A stretch of 62,881 nucleotides of DNA, filler included, from Octopus bimaculoides (GCF_001194135.2; 5 parts of 5 records of this genome joined end to end with filler, not necessarily neighbours in it), one strand, 5' to 3'. Positions 1 to 13,290 are shown, counted from the first letter of the whole stretch. Notes: a model not told the origin generated them from the sequence alone. Numbers and translations are program-made.

Positions 1-32
<32 letters not shown>

Positions 33-1033
33 AACCTGTAAGAATCTTGAATGTATCATACAAAAGTTGATATGTATGTATTACTTTTAATCCCGGATGT
101 AATGTTGTTTCACTGTATTTGTACATATGATTTTTCAGACAGGCATCAAATTTTATATGGAAACTTAGTGGTATAATTATGCTTGTGTTTGTTGTCCCTT
201 CAACTCCCAATGGAATTGTAAGGGACGAGGGTGGGAAGGGCCATCATGACATGCAGCATGTCCCAAGACATTTAAAAACTGGCAGATTATAACTGAATTC
301 TTCTTCTATTCTTTTTGTTCTTCTTGTATTCTTCTTTTCTTGTATTTTCTTGTTTTTCTTCTTGTGTTCTTATTCTTCAATCCTTCTTCTTCTCTTGTAT
401 TTTTCTATTCTTCTTTGAAAGAGAGAGAGATAGAGGAAGGAAGAAGAAAAATTGACCCTCCCCATTGTTTTATTGACTCGCCCACTCCACAATAATGGCA
501 AAAAGGCAATCCTTGCTTTAGCAGGATTTGAACACAAGTGTTGCAGGGAACCAGAACAAACACTACCAGACTCCAATCTTAAGGCAGACGCCAATCTCAG
601 AGTGACAGGACTTGTTTGAACAGCGACCTTGTTTACTACCTGTATCCAAATGTCAAAACAAGGGGAGAAGACCCACACACACGCACACATTCCTACATAC
701 ATACATACACACTTACACACACACACACACATACATACCTACATACACATCATGTCTGTATGCAGTGATCTTCTTGCAGTTTCCACCCACAAAATTTACC
801 CATAAGGGTAAATTAGTTGACCTGAGGCTGGAACGAAAGATGTATGCCTCATATATGTGTAAACACACACACACACACACATATATCCATGTATTACACA
901 CACAAACACACACACATATCCATTATTATACACATGCACACATACATATTATACACATACATCCACACACATACATATTTGTGTGGATATATACATACAT
1001 TTATGTATACAAATGTTATGTGTCTATGTATGT

Positions 1034-1067
<34 letters not shown>

Positions 1068-1140
1068 ATGTGGACACAACACACACTTGCGTTTGTGTAT
1101 ATGTAATTCTTTGTTTTCTGTTTTTGTATGTCCGCACCAT

Positions 1141-1308
1141 TCTTCCTTCCTTCCTTCCTTCCTTCCTTCCTTCCTTCCTTCCTTCCTTCCTTCCTTCTCT
1201 TTCTTTCTTTCTTTCTTACTTTCATAGATTATATTACATTTCTGTATATTATGTTTGTTATGTTTAAACATGAAATCTTATGACACATAAAGAAGCCATT
1301 CATAGACA

Positions 1309-1353
<45 letters not shown>

Positions 1354-1363
1354 NNNNNNNNNN

Positions 1364-1407
<44 letters not shown>

Positions 1408-1767
1408 CAGTCAGAGTGAAAGATAGACTGAGATGAAGATTGATAGACTGGTCAGAGACACAGATAGATAGATAGATAGATAGATAGGTAGATAGATAGG
1501 TACATAGATAGACAGACAGACAGATGGATAGATAGATATATAGATAGATATAGGGAGATAGATAGGCAGATAGATATAGACAGATATAAAGTGATAGACA
1601 GCAATAGATAGGTAGATAGCTAGCTAGCTAGATAGATAGAGTGAAATCTATTGTTCTTTGTCTGCTCACCCTAGTGAATGAATAACTTGAATAATATTAC
1701 TCATACTGTTATATACTCTTCATACCACCACCACCACCACCATCACAACAGCTTCTCTGTCCATCCA

Positions 1768-1813
<46 letters not shown>

Positions 1814-1823
1814 NNNNNNNNNN

Positions 1824-1896
<73 letters not shown>

Positions 1897-1900
1897 ATGT
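1141..1900. repeat. Microsatellite block (TTCC, AGAT, AG, CT)
   Basis: Direct reading. Confidence 0.95.
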
Positions 1901-2179
1901 ACTTAACCCAGTGTGAGCCAACAGGGAGATGACATTCTTTGTGGTCATTTATTTGACTAGCTAGAAATAGCAGCCAAATCTTTCATGAAATTGCTTTCCA
2001 CTCATTTAAAAATAAAGAAAAGGCAGTACACACATATTAGATAAGGCAATCCTAGCCACCACCACCCCCTCTATGACCACTACTACGTCAACAAAGGGAT
2101 ATAGTGAAGGCTGGAATATCCTCTTTGACCATAGGGCTTGCTGGGATGACCAGCACTCACCTAGGATTAAACAACAGCA

Positions 2180-3250
2180 ATAATAATCCTTTCTACACGG
2201 CCTGGATTTTGTGGGTTAGAGGGTCAGTCGATCACATTGACCCCCAATACTCAACTGGTACTTAATTTATCAACCCCCGAAAGGATGAATGGCAAAGTCG
2301 ACCTCAGCAGGATTTGAACTCAGAATATGTAGTAACGCGTGAAACACTGCTAAGCATTTCACCCACCGTGCTAACGTTTCCGCCAGCTCACAACCTTAAC
2401 AAAAATAATAATAATAATAATAATAATAATTCTTTGTACAAGGCTTGAGATTCATCCAGTGTATGACTGCTATTTTATTTTATCGACCTCGAAAGGATAA
2501 AAGACAAAGTAGACTTCGGCAGTATTTGAACTCAGAATACTTTGCCCATTACACTAAAAATTCTGTCAGCTCGCAGACTTAAACAACACCAGCCATAATC
2601 TTATAGGCACACGGCCTGAAATATCAAAGAAGGAGGTTAATTAATTACAGGTCGTTGTCGACTTACGACCACAGTTGGTCCCAACTGACTGGTCGTAAGT
2701 CGATTTGGTCATAAGTCGACCTATTGGCCTATATAGCTTTGTTCTATGTATTTACACTCTTAAGGTACATTCTCAGGTAAAACATACACAGCATTCTGTA
2801 TTATACTATTATACTGGTGTTAGTAAAGAATTTCAGAGTCTCAAGCAGTCATCTTATAAACAGATATGAGGTTACCTCGATGTCTCCACGACAGGATAGT
2901 CATACAACACAGTGGTGATCGATAACCAAACCTAGTGGAAGTGTTTGTTAGCTGACATTATCCGTAGATGGGTTAATTTCTAAGAAATTAAACCCATTGG
3001 ATTTCATCTGGACTATTTATTATTACTGCCGGGAGCTGGTGCGCCAATCGTTGTAAAGTCGATCGGTCGTAAGTCGACAACGACCTGTACTTCAACACCA
3101 GTGATCAACTGGAACTTAATTCATTGGCCGTGAGAGCATGAAAGACAAAGTAGTCCTCAGCAGTACTTGAACCCAGAACGTGAAGAACTGGAAGCGTTGC
3201 TGCTAAGCATTTTGTCCATCACACAAAAGAGTCTGCCAGCTCTCTACTTT
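2180..3250 (-). mobile_element. Three head-to-tail family B tRNA-derived SINEs (2180-2398, 2430-2582, 2598-3250); the last is split by the MITE
   Basis: Minus strand ggcgagctggcagaa.cgttagcac (A box), gagttcaaat.ccgccgaggtcgac (B box), central gcctttcatcctttcggggtcgataaa domain and (ATT)n tail. Confidence 0.85.
2648..3087. mobile_element. 440-bp Tigger-type MITE with perfect 23-bp TIRs and TA target-site duplication
   Basis: CAGGTCGTTGTCGACTTACGACC (2648-2670) and its exact reverse complement (3065-3087), flanked by TA at 2646-47 and 3088-89. No ORF. Confidence 0.95.
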
Positions 3251-3441
3251 AAACAGCACCAACAATAAGGACGATAGCTGGGGCTTACCTACCTACCTCT
3301 CTGCCTAACCCCACTGGCCTCCTCCATTCACATGGTATTGCTCATTTGTTCTTGACCTCCGACCTCAGTTGATGTTAGCTGCTGTGACCTTTTCTGTTTC
3401 TTAACATCTTAGCTCAAGTCACTGAACTCTCTCCTCCCACC

Positions 3442-3488
<47 letters not shown>

Positions 3489-3621
3489 TCTGTTTTCCCC
3501 CTCTCACACCCGCTTTAAGGCATAGCCTTTGATATGATATGGGTCAACCTTTGATCTTGTCTCTTCAAAAGAGCCTTATCTCAGCTGTTGTATCCATAGT
3601 GGTCTATTTTATAACAGTAGC

Positions 3622-3661
<40 letters not shown>

Positions 3662-3799
3662 GTTTCTTTTAGTAGCTACACAAGGGCATAGGTGAGGATG
3701 ACATCACAAGCACAGACAACAATTTGTGTGGGAAATTACATAAAAGATGAGGTCAAGGAAATGAAAAAAGACAGTGAAATGCAATAAAAGTATACATAG

Positions 3800-4080
3800 G
3801 CATAAGCATGGCTGTGTCGTAAGAAGCTTGCTTACCAACCACATGGTTCCAGGTTCAGTCCCACTACATGGCACCTTGCACAAGTGTCTGTATACCTGTG
3901 TGTGTCTTTGTGTCTGTGTTTGTTCCCTATCACCACATAACTTAGCGGTTCGGCAAAAGAGACCAATGGAATAAATATTAGGCTTTAAAAAAAAAATTTT
4001 TTTTAAATGTCTTGGGGTTGATTTGTTCTACTATAAAAACCCTTTAAGCTATTGCTCTAGCATGGCCACAGTCAAATGAT
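3800..4080 (+). mobile_element. Degenerate family A SINE
   Basis: catggctgtgtcgtaagaagc head with an internal deletion; tail ggccacagtcaaatga. Confidence 0.75.
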
Positions 4081-4155
4081 GATAATAACAATGATAATAA
4101 TAATAATAATAATAACTGGACCCCACCTGCATGCTTATGCGCTGTTTATCTTGAT

Positions 4156-4501
4156 TGTTGGTTGTTGGCACTCCGTCGCTTACGACGTCGAGGGTTCCAG
4201 TTGATCCGATCAACGGAACAGCCTGCTCGTGAAATTAACCTGCAAGTGGCTGAGCACTCCATAGACACGTGTACCCTTAACGTAGTTCTCGGGGATATTC
4301 AGCGTGACACAGTGTGACAAGGCTGGCCCTTTGAAATACAGGTACAACAGGAACAGGAAGTAAGAGTGAGAGAAAGTTGTGGTGAAAGAGTACAGCGTGT
4401 TTTCGCTCAATAAACACTCACAACGCCCGGTCTGGGAATCGAAACCGCAATCCTATGACCTCGAGTCTGCTGCCCTAACCACTAGGCCATTGCGCCTCCA
4501 C
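4156..4501 (-). mobile_element. Family C tRNA-derived SINE with 12-bp target-site duplication
   Basis: Minus strand gtggaggcgcaatggcctagtggttaggg (A box), ggtttcgattccc (B box) and (AAC)n tail. TSD GTTTATCTTGAT at 4144-4155 and 4502-4513. Confidence 0.92.
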
Positions 4502-5049
4502 GTTTATCTTGATACGAGGTCACCATATTGCGCACATATGGTTTGTGTTGCATGTGCCTGGTGTACCCTTATCTCATGGGGTAGTCACGACGGGTACATT
4601 GGGCTTTTCATATATTTGTACCCCTGCATTACTTTGATGGTGTGTGCTTCTCTCTTACTCAATTATAATCTGTGAATTATATTAAGAACCACGGTGCATG
4701 TTTGGCACTTAATATACCAAAAGTAATATTCACCCTAGTTTTATTACGAGAAAATTCTTCAAAACAAAAGCAGTAGAATGAGAAACTCAAAGGGCCTTCA
4801 ATATCCTCTATGTTCCTTTGTCCTTTTTATTGTTTGTTTTTTTTTTGTATTATTTGGTTTGTAATCTTTAGGGCTTTTGTAGTTTCTTCGTGTTTATAGA
4901 ACATCAACATAGTAGAATCCATGTAAACTTAAAATTCTTTAATCTGTTCTCTTCTGATGATGGGCATATGCACCTGGTACCTGTAAAGGTTACATAACTT
5001 TCGTCTTTCACGCTGTAAGAAGTTTCTCCATCTACATTATTTGTTTTTC

Positions 5050-5352
5050 CTTATGTGTGTATGTGTGTGTATTTATATATATAAATGTATGTATGTGTGT
5101 GTGTATTTATATATATAAATGTATGTATGTGTGTGTGTGTGTGTATTTATATATATAAATGTATGTGTGTGTGTGTGTGTATTTATATATATAAATGTAT
5201 GTGTGTGTGTGTATTTATATATATAAATGTATATGTGTGTGTTTGTGTATTTATATATATAAATGTATGTGTGTGTGTGTGTGTATTTATATATAGAGAT
5301 ATGTGGATATATGCATGTATTTATATTTATAGATGTGTGTATATATGTGTAT

Positions 5353-5401
<49 letters not shown>

Positions 5402-5499
5402 TGTGTATATTTATATATATAAACAAATGCATATATATGTGTATATTTATATATATATATAAATAAATATGCATATATGTGCATTTATATATGTAAATA

Positions 5500-5540
<41 letters not shown>

Positions 5541-5705
5541 GTTTGTATGTGTGTATGTATGTGTGTACATGTATGTATATGTGTGTAAGTATATATATGT
5601 GTGTAATTATGCGTGTGTATGTGTATATATATATGTGTGTAATTATGTGTGTGTATGTGTATATATATATGTGTGTAATTATGTGTGTGTGATGTGTGTA
5701 TGTAT
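5050..5705. repeat. Compound TA/TG microsatellite with a higher-order unit gtgtatttatatatataaatgtat
   Basis: Direct reading; the unit recurs about 6 times at 5060-5290. Confidence 0.95.
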
Positions 5706-6029
5706 GTAGAATTCCTTGCTCTTTGCCAACATCTGGATGTCTTGAGACAGGCAAACGTCAACAATCTCCTCCCCCCCCCCCCAGGTCTTGTAGCCATCTG
5801 CTTTATAAGGAAATCCTCCTGTCACTCATCATCATATATACAACTGTTTGCCTGTGCTGAGGGGATGAGCTTTTATACATGGGCCTCTTGACATGCTAGA
5901 AATAGTAGCCACGTTATCCCTCAAATCATTCCTTACTATCTTAACCATAAAAATAGACACATTAAGTAATGTAATCTTGGATGCTTTTTATTTTATTTTG
6001 TTTTGTTTTGTTTTATTTTTTTGCTATTT

Positions 6030-6221
6030 GCCTTTTATTTGTTTGTCATTGGACTCTAGCCATGCTGGGGCACAGCCTCGGAAGGTTTAGTTGAACAAAT
6101 TGACTGTGCAACACCTTGGGCAAGTGTCTTCTACTATAGCCTCAAGCTATAGTAGATCAAAACCTTGTGAATGGATTTGACAGATGGAAACTGAATAACA
6201 CCCATCGTGTGTATATCTATC

Positions 6222-6310
<89 letters not shown>

Positions 6311-6745
6311 AACTCTTCGAAATGGCTGTGTTAGAATGGGGGTAGCTGATGAAGGAAAATGTTCTCTATGTGACCTGTGTGTTTTTATGTACTCTGGTTA
6401 TTATTTTTTTGTCTACGTTTTGTTTGTAACGTCCTGTACCCAGATATGCACCTATATATACAGGTAGACGTAAGTATGCACATACCTGTACGTATATATG
6501 CATATACTCATTTATTATTTGTTTTGTATATATATATATGTACATATATACATGTACATATATATGTGCGTGTGTGTGTGATGGGCGTCTTTCAGTTTCC
6601 ATCTACTAAATCCACTGACAAGGCTTGGGTCAGCTTGAAGTTATAGTAGAAGACACTTGCCCAAGGTGCCGTTGCCATGCAGTGAGACTGAACCTAGAAC
6701 CCTATGGTTGGGAAGCAAGCTTCTTACCACACACCCACGCCTGTG
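6030..6745. mobile_element. Family A SINE fragments (6030-6200 mixed orientation; 6580-6745 minus)
   Basis: caccttgggcaagtgtcttctactatagcc and its reverse complement. Confidence 0.75.
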
Positions 6746-8161
6746 CGGATATTATCCAACCCTCACATTCTTGGTTTGCCCTTAAGAACAGTTGTGGCTT
6801 CCGTAGTTACTCAATGGTAGGTCTTAGATAAATCATGGGAATATTGCCAAGAGGTTTACACTTGCTCTTAAGGCCCCCACAAAGGAATTAAGGCTTTGGA
6901 TATTATCCAACCATCTTGTTTTTTTTATCTACTCCTTGCTTAAGAACAGTGTGGTTTCCATCCCAGATGCAACAGAACCGACAAGATATTCCCTCTAAGA
7001 CAGGTATTCAGGAAATCATTGGGGTATTGCCAAGAGTTTTGCGCTTGCTTTGTTAGAACTCAAAAATGGTTTTGTGACCACATGCTGTAGGACATACTGC
7101 GCAGCGTTTCACAGGAGTTTGAGCGTAATGGCAACTGATGAAGACCCCATGTGAATGCTCAGACATTCATGTTCGAGAAAATGCAAAAAAAAAAGAAAAA
7201 AAGATAGTAAATAAAATTTTACTTTTTTTTTTGTAATTTTATTTTTTGTCAGTTTCTTTCTGTATTGTTATGTGTACATTATGTATATTCTCAATGGCAT
7301 TGAATATCACCTATTTGTTTCTTTTTCTTTCTCTTCTACTGATTTTTGCTGTCTTCCACTTTCTTATCTTCTCACTAAGACGATGTCTTTCAACAAACCA
7401 AATCTATACAGATTTGTATGTATGTATGTATGTATGTATGTATGTGTGTGTATCCATCTATTATGTGAGATTTTCTGTCTATGAATATATATTTGTATAT
7501 TTGTATATATATATATATACGTCTGTGTATGTAACTTTTATGTGCATGAATTATGTATTTTCTATATGTGTGTATGTAACTTTTATGTGAGTATTTCTTT
7601 CTTTCTCTGTGTATGTGTGTGTGTGAGAGAGATTTCTTAAATTACCTTTTTCTAAGCTCTCCAGAGACAAGCAGTGGAGAATAGAATAGAATTTCTGACA
7701 TTATTCCATATGTATTTATTTCTATATGTGAATTTGTACCAGTCACTATAANNNNNNNNNNNNNNNNNNNNNNNNNNNNNNNNNNNNNNNNNNNNNNNNN
7801 NNNNNNNNNNNNNNNNNNNNNNNNNNNNNNNNNNNNNNNNNNNNNNNNNNNNNNNNNNNNNNNNNNNNNNNNNNNNNNNNNNNNNNNNNNNNNNNNNNNN
7901 NNNNNNNNNNNNNNNNNNNNNNNNNNNNNNNNNNNNNNNNNNNNNNNNNNNNNNNNNNNNNNNNNNNNNNNNNNNNNNNNNNNNNNNNNNNNNNNNNNNN
8001 NNNNNNNNNNNNNNNNNNNNNNNNNNNNNNNNNNNNNNNNNNNNNNNNNNNNNNNNNNNNNNNNNNNNNNNNNNNNNNNNNNNNNNNNNNNNNNNNNNNN
8101 NNNNNNNNNNNNNNNNNNNNNNNNNNNNNNNNNNNNNNNNNNNNNNNNNNNNNNNNNNNNN

Positions 8162-8350
8162 AGCACGCCGGGTGAAATGCCTAGCAGTGTTTCATCTGTC
8201 TTTACGTTCTGAGTTCAAATTCTGCCGAGGTCGACTTTGCCTTTCATCCTTTCAGGGTTGATAAATTAAGTACCAGTTGCATACTGGAGTTGATCTAATC
8301 GACTGGATCCCTACCCCAAAATTTCGGGCCTTGTGCCTAGAGTAGAAAAC
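8162..8350 (+). mobile_element. Family B SINE
   Basis: gagttcaaattctgccgaggtcgactttgcctttcatcctttc...ccttgtgcctagagtagaaa. Confidence 0.88.
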
Positions 8351-9379
8351 AATATAAAGCTTTCTTTTCATAAGACTCAAGTTACTCTAGTGATTCATCA
8401 TCATCATCATCACCATCCTTTAGCATCTGCTTTCCGTGCTGGCATGGGTTGGACAGTTTGACTGAAGCTGGAGAGCTGCACCAGGTTCCAATCCGATTTT
8501 GCATGGTTTCTACAGCTAGTTGCCCTTCCTAACCCCAACCACCTAACAGACGGCAATGGGTGCCCTCTACATGCCACTGGCACGGGTCCCAGTTAGGTGA
8601 CACTGGCATCGGCCACAACTACAATTTCACTTGGCTCGACAAGTCTTCTCAATCATGGCATATTACCAAAGGTCTCGGTGATTGAAAAACAATTTGGAAA
8701 TGTGTATCCATGATAAACAGACACAGGGAATTATGTCTTGATACACAGGAGAGGCGAAAGGTTAAAGAAAGAGAAAATAGAACAGTGCTGTCATTTGAGG
8801 GAAATTTAGTTGTTATTACTAGCATGTGGATGGAGGTTCCCTCAGCTTTAACCCTTTGCTCGTTTTGGGACTTTTAGCTGGCCCTTATTTCATATGGTGG
8901 TTGAAGAACAATTTAGGAATTAGTGTCATGAATGATAAATGGACGCCAAAGAAATACGACATGTGTGTCACATTCAATACAAGTGCTTCTGTATGAGGAG
9001 AATTTGGTTGTTATTCCATGCATGTGGAGGGAGGTTCCTTCAGTTTCAACTCTTTATGTGTCCAAGGCATTTGGTTGAATTGGTAAAGAGTGAAGCCCCG
9101 CTTCAGTCACAAATGACCATGGGATTGCGCCTAGAAAGTTCCTCTCCAAGGCACAAGTCCAGGCTGTTTATGGAAGACCAGCAGTTGACCATGCTTACCA
9201 GCCTCCCCTCTCCATGCCACCGATGTTATCCAAGGGAAAGGCAAAGGCGATACATAAAAAGGTAAAAAGACCCCCATCTGTCATGAATGGCCATGGGATT
9301 TCACCTACAAAGTTACTTTGCGGGGCACAAGTCTCTTATGANNNNNNNNNNCTTATGATAAAAATTTCATCTAATCCTT

Positions 9380-9607
9380 TCTACTAAGTCACAAAACCTG
9401 AAGTTTGGAACGAGGTTGTGGGGGGCTGGTCGATTACACTGACCCCCCCCCCCTCCAATGTTTCCCTGGTACTTATTTTATCGACCTCAGAAGGATTAAA
9501 AGCGAAGTCGACCTTGGCAGAATTTGATCACAGAACGTAGAGACGAAGAAAATGGCATTAATGCAATTTTGCTGAACATGCTAACGGTTCTGCCAAGCTC
9601 GTCACCT
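9380..9607 (-). mobile_element. Family B SINE
   Basis: Reverse complement of the family B consensus. Confidence 0.8.
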
Positions 9608-9707
9608 AACGATATTGATAATAAACGCACTGACGATAATGAAATGCTCGTCGATGACTAAGTAACATTTTAATTATTTCTGCAGGACACCCACCCACCT
9701 AGCTACT

Positions 9708-9741
<34 letters not shown>

Positions 9742-9783
9742 GCAAGAGACAAAGCGAGACATGTTGCGTTGCTTGCTTTATAT

Positions 9784-9835
<52 letters not shown>

Positions 9836-10062
9836 GCGCTCACACTTTCATATGAAATAATTGGAGTGCAAAAATCTACGTGTGTGAGTGTGTATGTGTG
9901 GGTGTATGTGTGTAAGTGTGTGTTTTAAGCCTAGTATTCTATGCAAATCCTGCCAGATCTGGGGAGATAAGATACAAGTGAAATCAGGTGTAGATAATAA
10001 AACAGAAAAGTTCCATTATTTATTTATGTAGTGCATGAAATTAAGATTGCTTTATCAATAAC

Positions 10063-10099
<37 letters not shown>

Positions 10100-11305
10100 T
10101 CTCTCTCCCCTCTCTCATATCTACACCTTTAAATGTGTCTCTGGCTGACTGCTTTTCATAACTCTGTTGACTGTCATGCTTTTTTCTCCTCTCAATTTTT
10201 CTCTCTATCTCTCACCTCACATGCAGGCTTTGCTCTCTTTCCCACACACACACTCTCTCTCTCTCTTCTCTCTCTCTCTCGTAGGTACTCTGCTTCCCTC
10301 CTTTCCTTTCTCTCCTCTTTCTCTCTCCCCTCAGTCTCTGCTGCTTGTCTAGTATACATACAATCTCTCTCTCTCTCTCTATCTATCTTTTTCTTTCTGC
10401 TTTATTCCTCCCCCCGTCTCTCTCTCTCTCTCTGTCTCTCTCTTTGGTTTTCCTTCTTTTTGTCTCTATCTATCTATCTATCTATCTATGCTGTTTTCCT
10501 TCCTTTCTCCTCTCTCTCTCTCTCTCACATTGTCTGTTCCTTTCCTTTCTCCCCATCTCTCTCTCCCACTGGAACCTGCCAACCTTAACCTCCCCCCCTC
10601 TCTCTCTCTCACCCCCCTCTCTCCTACCCACACCTTGTTATGCATCTATGGCTCACTGCTCTTCACATCTGTGTTGACTGTCATCTGTTTTGCTTTTCCT
10701 CCCCCTCCACCCCCACCTCTCCATCTCTAAGCTCTTTCATAAATTACCATACCNNNNNNNNNNNNNNNNNNNNNNNNNNNNNNNNNNNNNNNNNNNNNNN
10801 NNNNNNNNNNNNNNNNNNNNNNNNNNNNNNNNNNNNNNNNNNNNNNNNNNNNNNNNNNNNNNNNNNNNNNNNNNNNNNNNNNNNNNNNNNNNNNNNNNNN
10901 NNNNNNNNNNNNNNNNNNNNNNNNNNNNNNNNNNNNNNNNNNNNNNNNNNNNNNNNNNNNNNNNNNNNNNNNNNNNNNNNNNNNNNNNNNNNNNNNNNNN
11001 NNNNNNNNNNNNNNNNNNNNNNNNNNNNNNNNNNNNNNNNNNNNNNNNNNNNNNNNNNNNNNNNNNNNNNNNNNNNNNNNNNNNNNNNNNNNNNNNNNNN
11101 NNNNNNNNNNNNNNNNNNNNNNNNNNNNNNNNNNNNNNNNNNNNNNNNNNNNNNNNNNNNNNNNNNNNNNNNNNNNNNNNNNNNNNNNNNNNNNNNNNNN
11201 NNNNNNNNNNNNNNNNNNNNNNNNNNNNNNNNNNNNNNNNNNNATATATATATATCATTCAGACTATACTACTCTCTCGCATATCTTATACTGTCATGGT
11301 TTTCC

Positions 11306-11341
<36 letters not shown>

Positions 11342-11699
11342 CCTATCTCTATCACTAAGCTCTTCCCTTTCACAAATCTCCATACCTCTTCTTCTTCCTC
11401 CTCCCTCTTCACTTTCTCTCCTCTTTCCTCTTCTCTTGCATTGTTTCTCATTCATCTTTCTCCCCCTCCCCTAACTTTACCCCTCTCTTTTATTTCATTT
11501 TCTTAAAACCTCAATTCTCATTGAAATCCTGTCAGTGAACTCCATTACGATATTTTCATTGTTTCTTTATATCATATCTTACCATTCATGGCAGTGTTTC
11601 ATGGCGTATTCCTAAAGATCACCTCTTCAACAACTCTTCTCGTCTGTTATTTATCCTGCTTAGCATTTGACAATGCTAATGTTGTTGCGTGATACGTCA

Positions 11700-11959
11700 A
11701 TGCACTCGTAGAGAGTAGATTGTCTTGTCTAAGGCTTAAGTCATTAGTTAATGATGTTTTCATGGGTAGATTTGTTGAGGTATTTTATTCATGGTAGAGT
11801 TGTGTGAGCTGCCTACGATTTAAATCATTAGCTAATGGGTATGTGTTGATGTATTCATATAAAGCAGAACAGAGTGTCTTGTCGAAGGTCTAACTTATCA
11901 GCTAATGATGTTTTATATATATATCTGTCTTTGTGTGTCTATATACATATATGTGTCTA

Positions 11960-12004
<45 letters not shown>

Positions 12005-12430
12005 AAGAAAGGGGTATGTCTTGTCTGAGAAATAAACTCATTAGCTAATGATATATGTAGAGTAGTCTGTCTTATCTAAGAGTTCACTCATTAGTTAATA
12101 CTGCTAGATATATAGAGTGGAGTAGAGTGTCTTGTCTAAGATTTAACTCCTTAGCTAATGGTGTTAGATATATATATATATATATATATACACCTTAGAT
12201 AGGATGCTCTACTTTATATAAATATGTCGATGCATCAAACATTAACATCTAAGGAGTGAAATCTTAAGCATGTCACACCACTCTGCTTCATATAAAACAT
12301 CACATTTAACACCATTAGCAAAGGTGTTAAATGTTAGACAAGATACACTGCTCTACTTTATATAGGTATGTACATCAACACCTGTAACACATTTACCAAG
12401 AAGTTGAATCTCAGACAAGACATGACCTCC
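11700..12430. repeat. Degenerate 45-65 bp minisatellite that switches strand at a (TA)n centre
   Basis: About six + copies of agagtgtcttgtctaagatttaactcattagctaatg at 11710-12165 and about four reverse-complement copies at 12194-12425. Confidence 0.8.
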
Positions 12431-12933
12431 TAATGGCTAAAGAGCTAGAAACACATCTGGGTATCCAACAGGGGGCAGCACCAGACAGATGTCTTTTTAC
12501 ACCTTTTTATCATGAGTGAGAATTTTTTTTTCTACAGAGTAACTGCATAGAGGTTANNNNNNNNNNNNNNNNNNNNNNNNNNNNNNNNNNNNNNNNNNNN
12601 NNNNNNNNNNNNNNNNNNNNNNNNNNNNNNNNNNNNNNNNNNNNNNNNNNNNNNNNNNNNNNNNNNNNNNNNNNNNNNNNNNNNNNNNNNNNNNNNNNNN
12701 NNNNNNNNNNNNNNNNNNNNNNNNNNNNNNNNNNNNNNNNNNNNNNNNNNNNNNNNNNNNNNNNNNNNNNNNNNNNNNNNNNNNNNNNNNNNNNNNNNNN
12801 NNNNNNNNNNNNNNNNNNNNNNNNNNNNNNNNNNNNNNNNNNNNNNNNNNNNNNNNNNNNNNNNNNNNNNNNNNNNNNNNNNNNNNNNNNNNNNNNNNNN
12901 NNNNNNNNNNNNNNNNNNNNNNNNNNNNNNNNN

Positions 12934-12978
<45 letters not shown>

Positions 12979-13011
12979 CACACACACATATATATACATA
13001 TATATGTGTGG

Positions 13012-13290
13012 TACGTAAGAAGCACCATTTGAGCACGATCGTTTCCAGCTTCGCCTTACTGGCACTAGTGCTGGTGGCATGTCAATAAAACATTGGACTG
13101 ACTCCTGTGCAGGTGTCACGTAAAAAAACACCATTTGAGCATGGCCATTGCCAGTACCGCTGGACTGGCCCTCGTGCCGGTGGCACGTAAAAAGACACCA
13201 TTTGAACGTGGCCGTTGCCAGTACCGCTGGGCTGGCCTTCGTGCTGGTGGCACGTAAAAAGCACCCACTACACTCTCAGAGTGGTTGGTA
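13012..13290 (+). repeat. About 67-bp tandem repeat at the 5' side of a retroposon tail
   Basis: Unit starts cacgtaaaaa at 13012, 13078, 13117, 13184 and 13251 (periods 66, 39, 67, 67). Confidence 0.85.

Noticed and set aside
370-7590. Dozens of ORFs rich in YI, CV, HT, RE or SL dipeptides here and throughout the window
   Set aside because: They are translations of microsatellites, with no domain content.
13012-13290. CRISPR-like repeat-spacer array
   Set aside because: Whole units are homologous with no unique spacers, there are no cas genes, and the context is eukaryotic.
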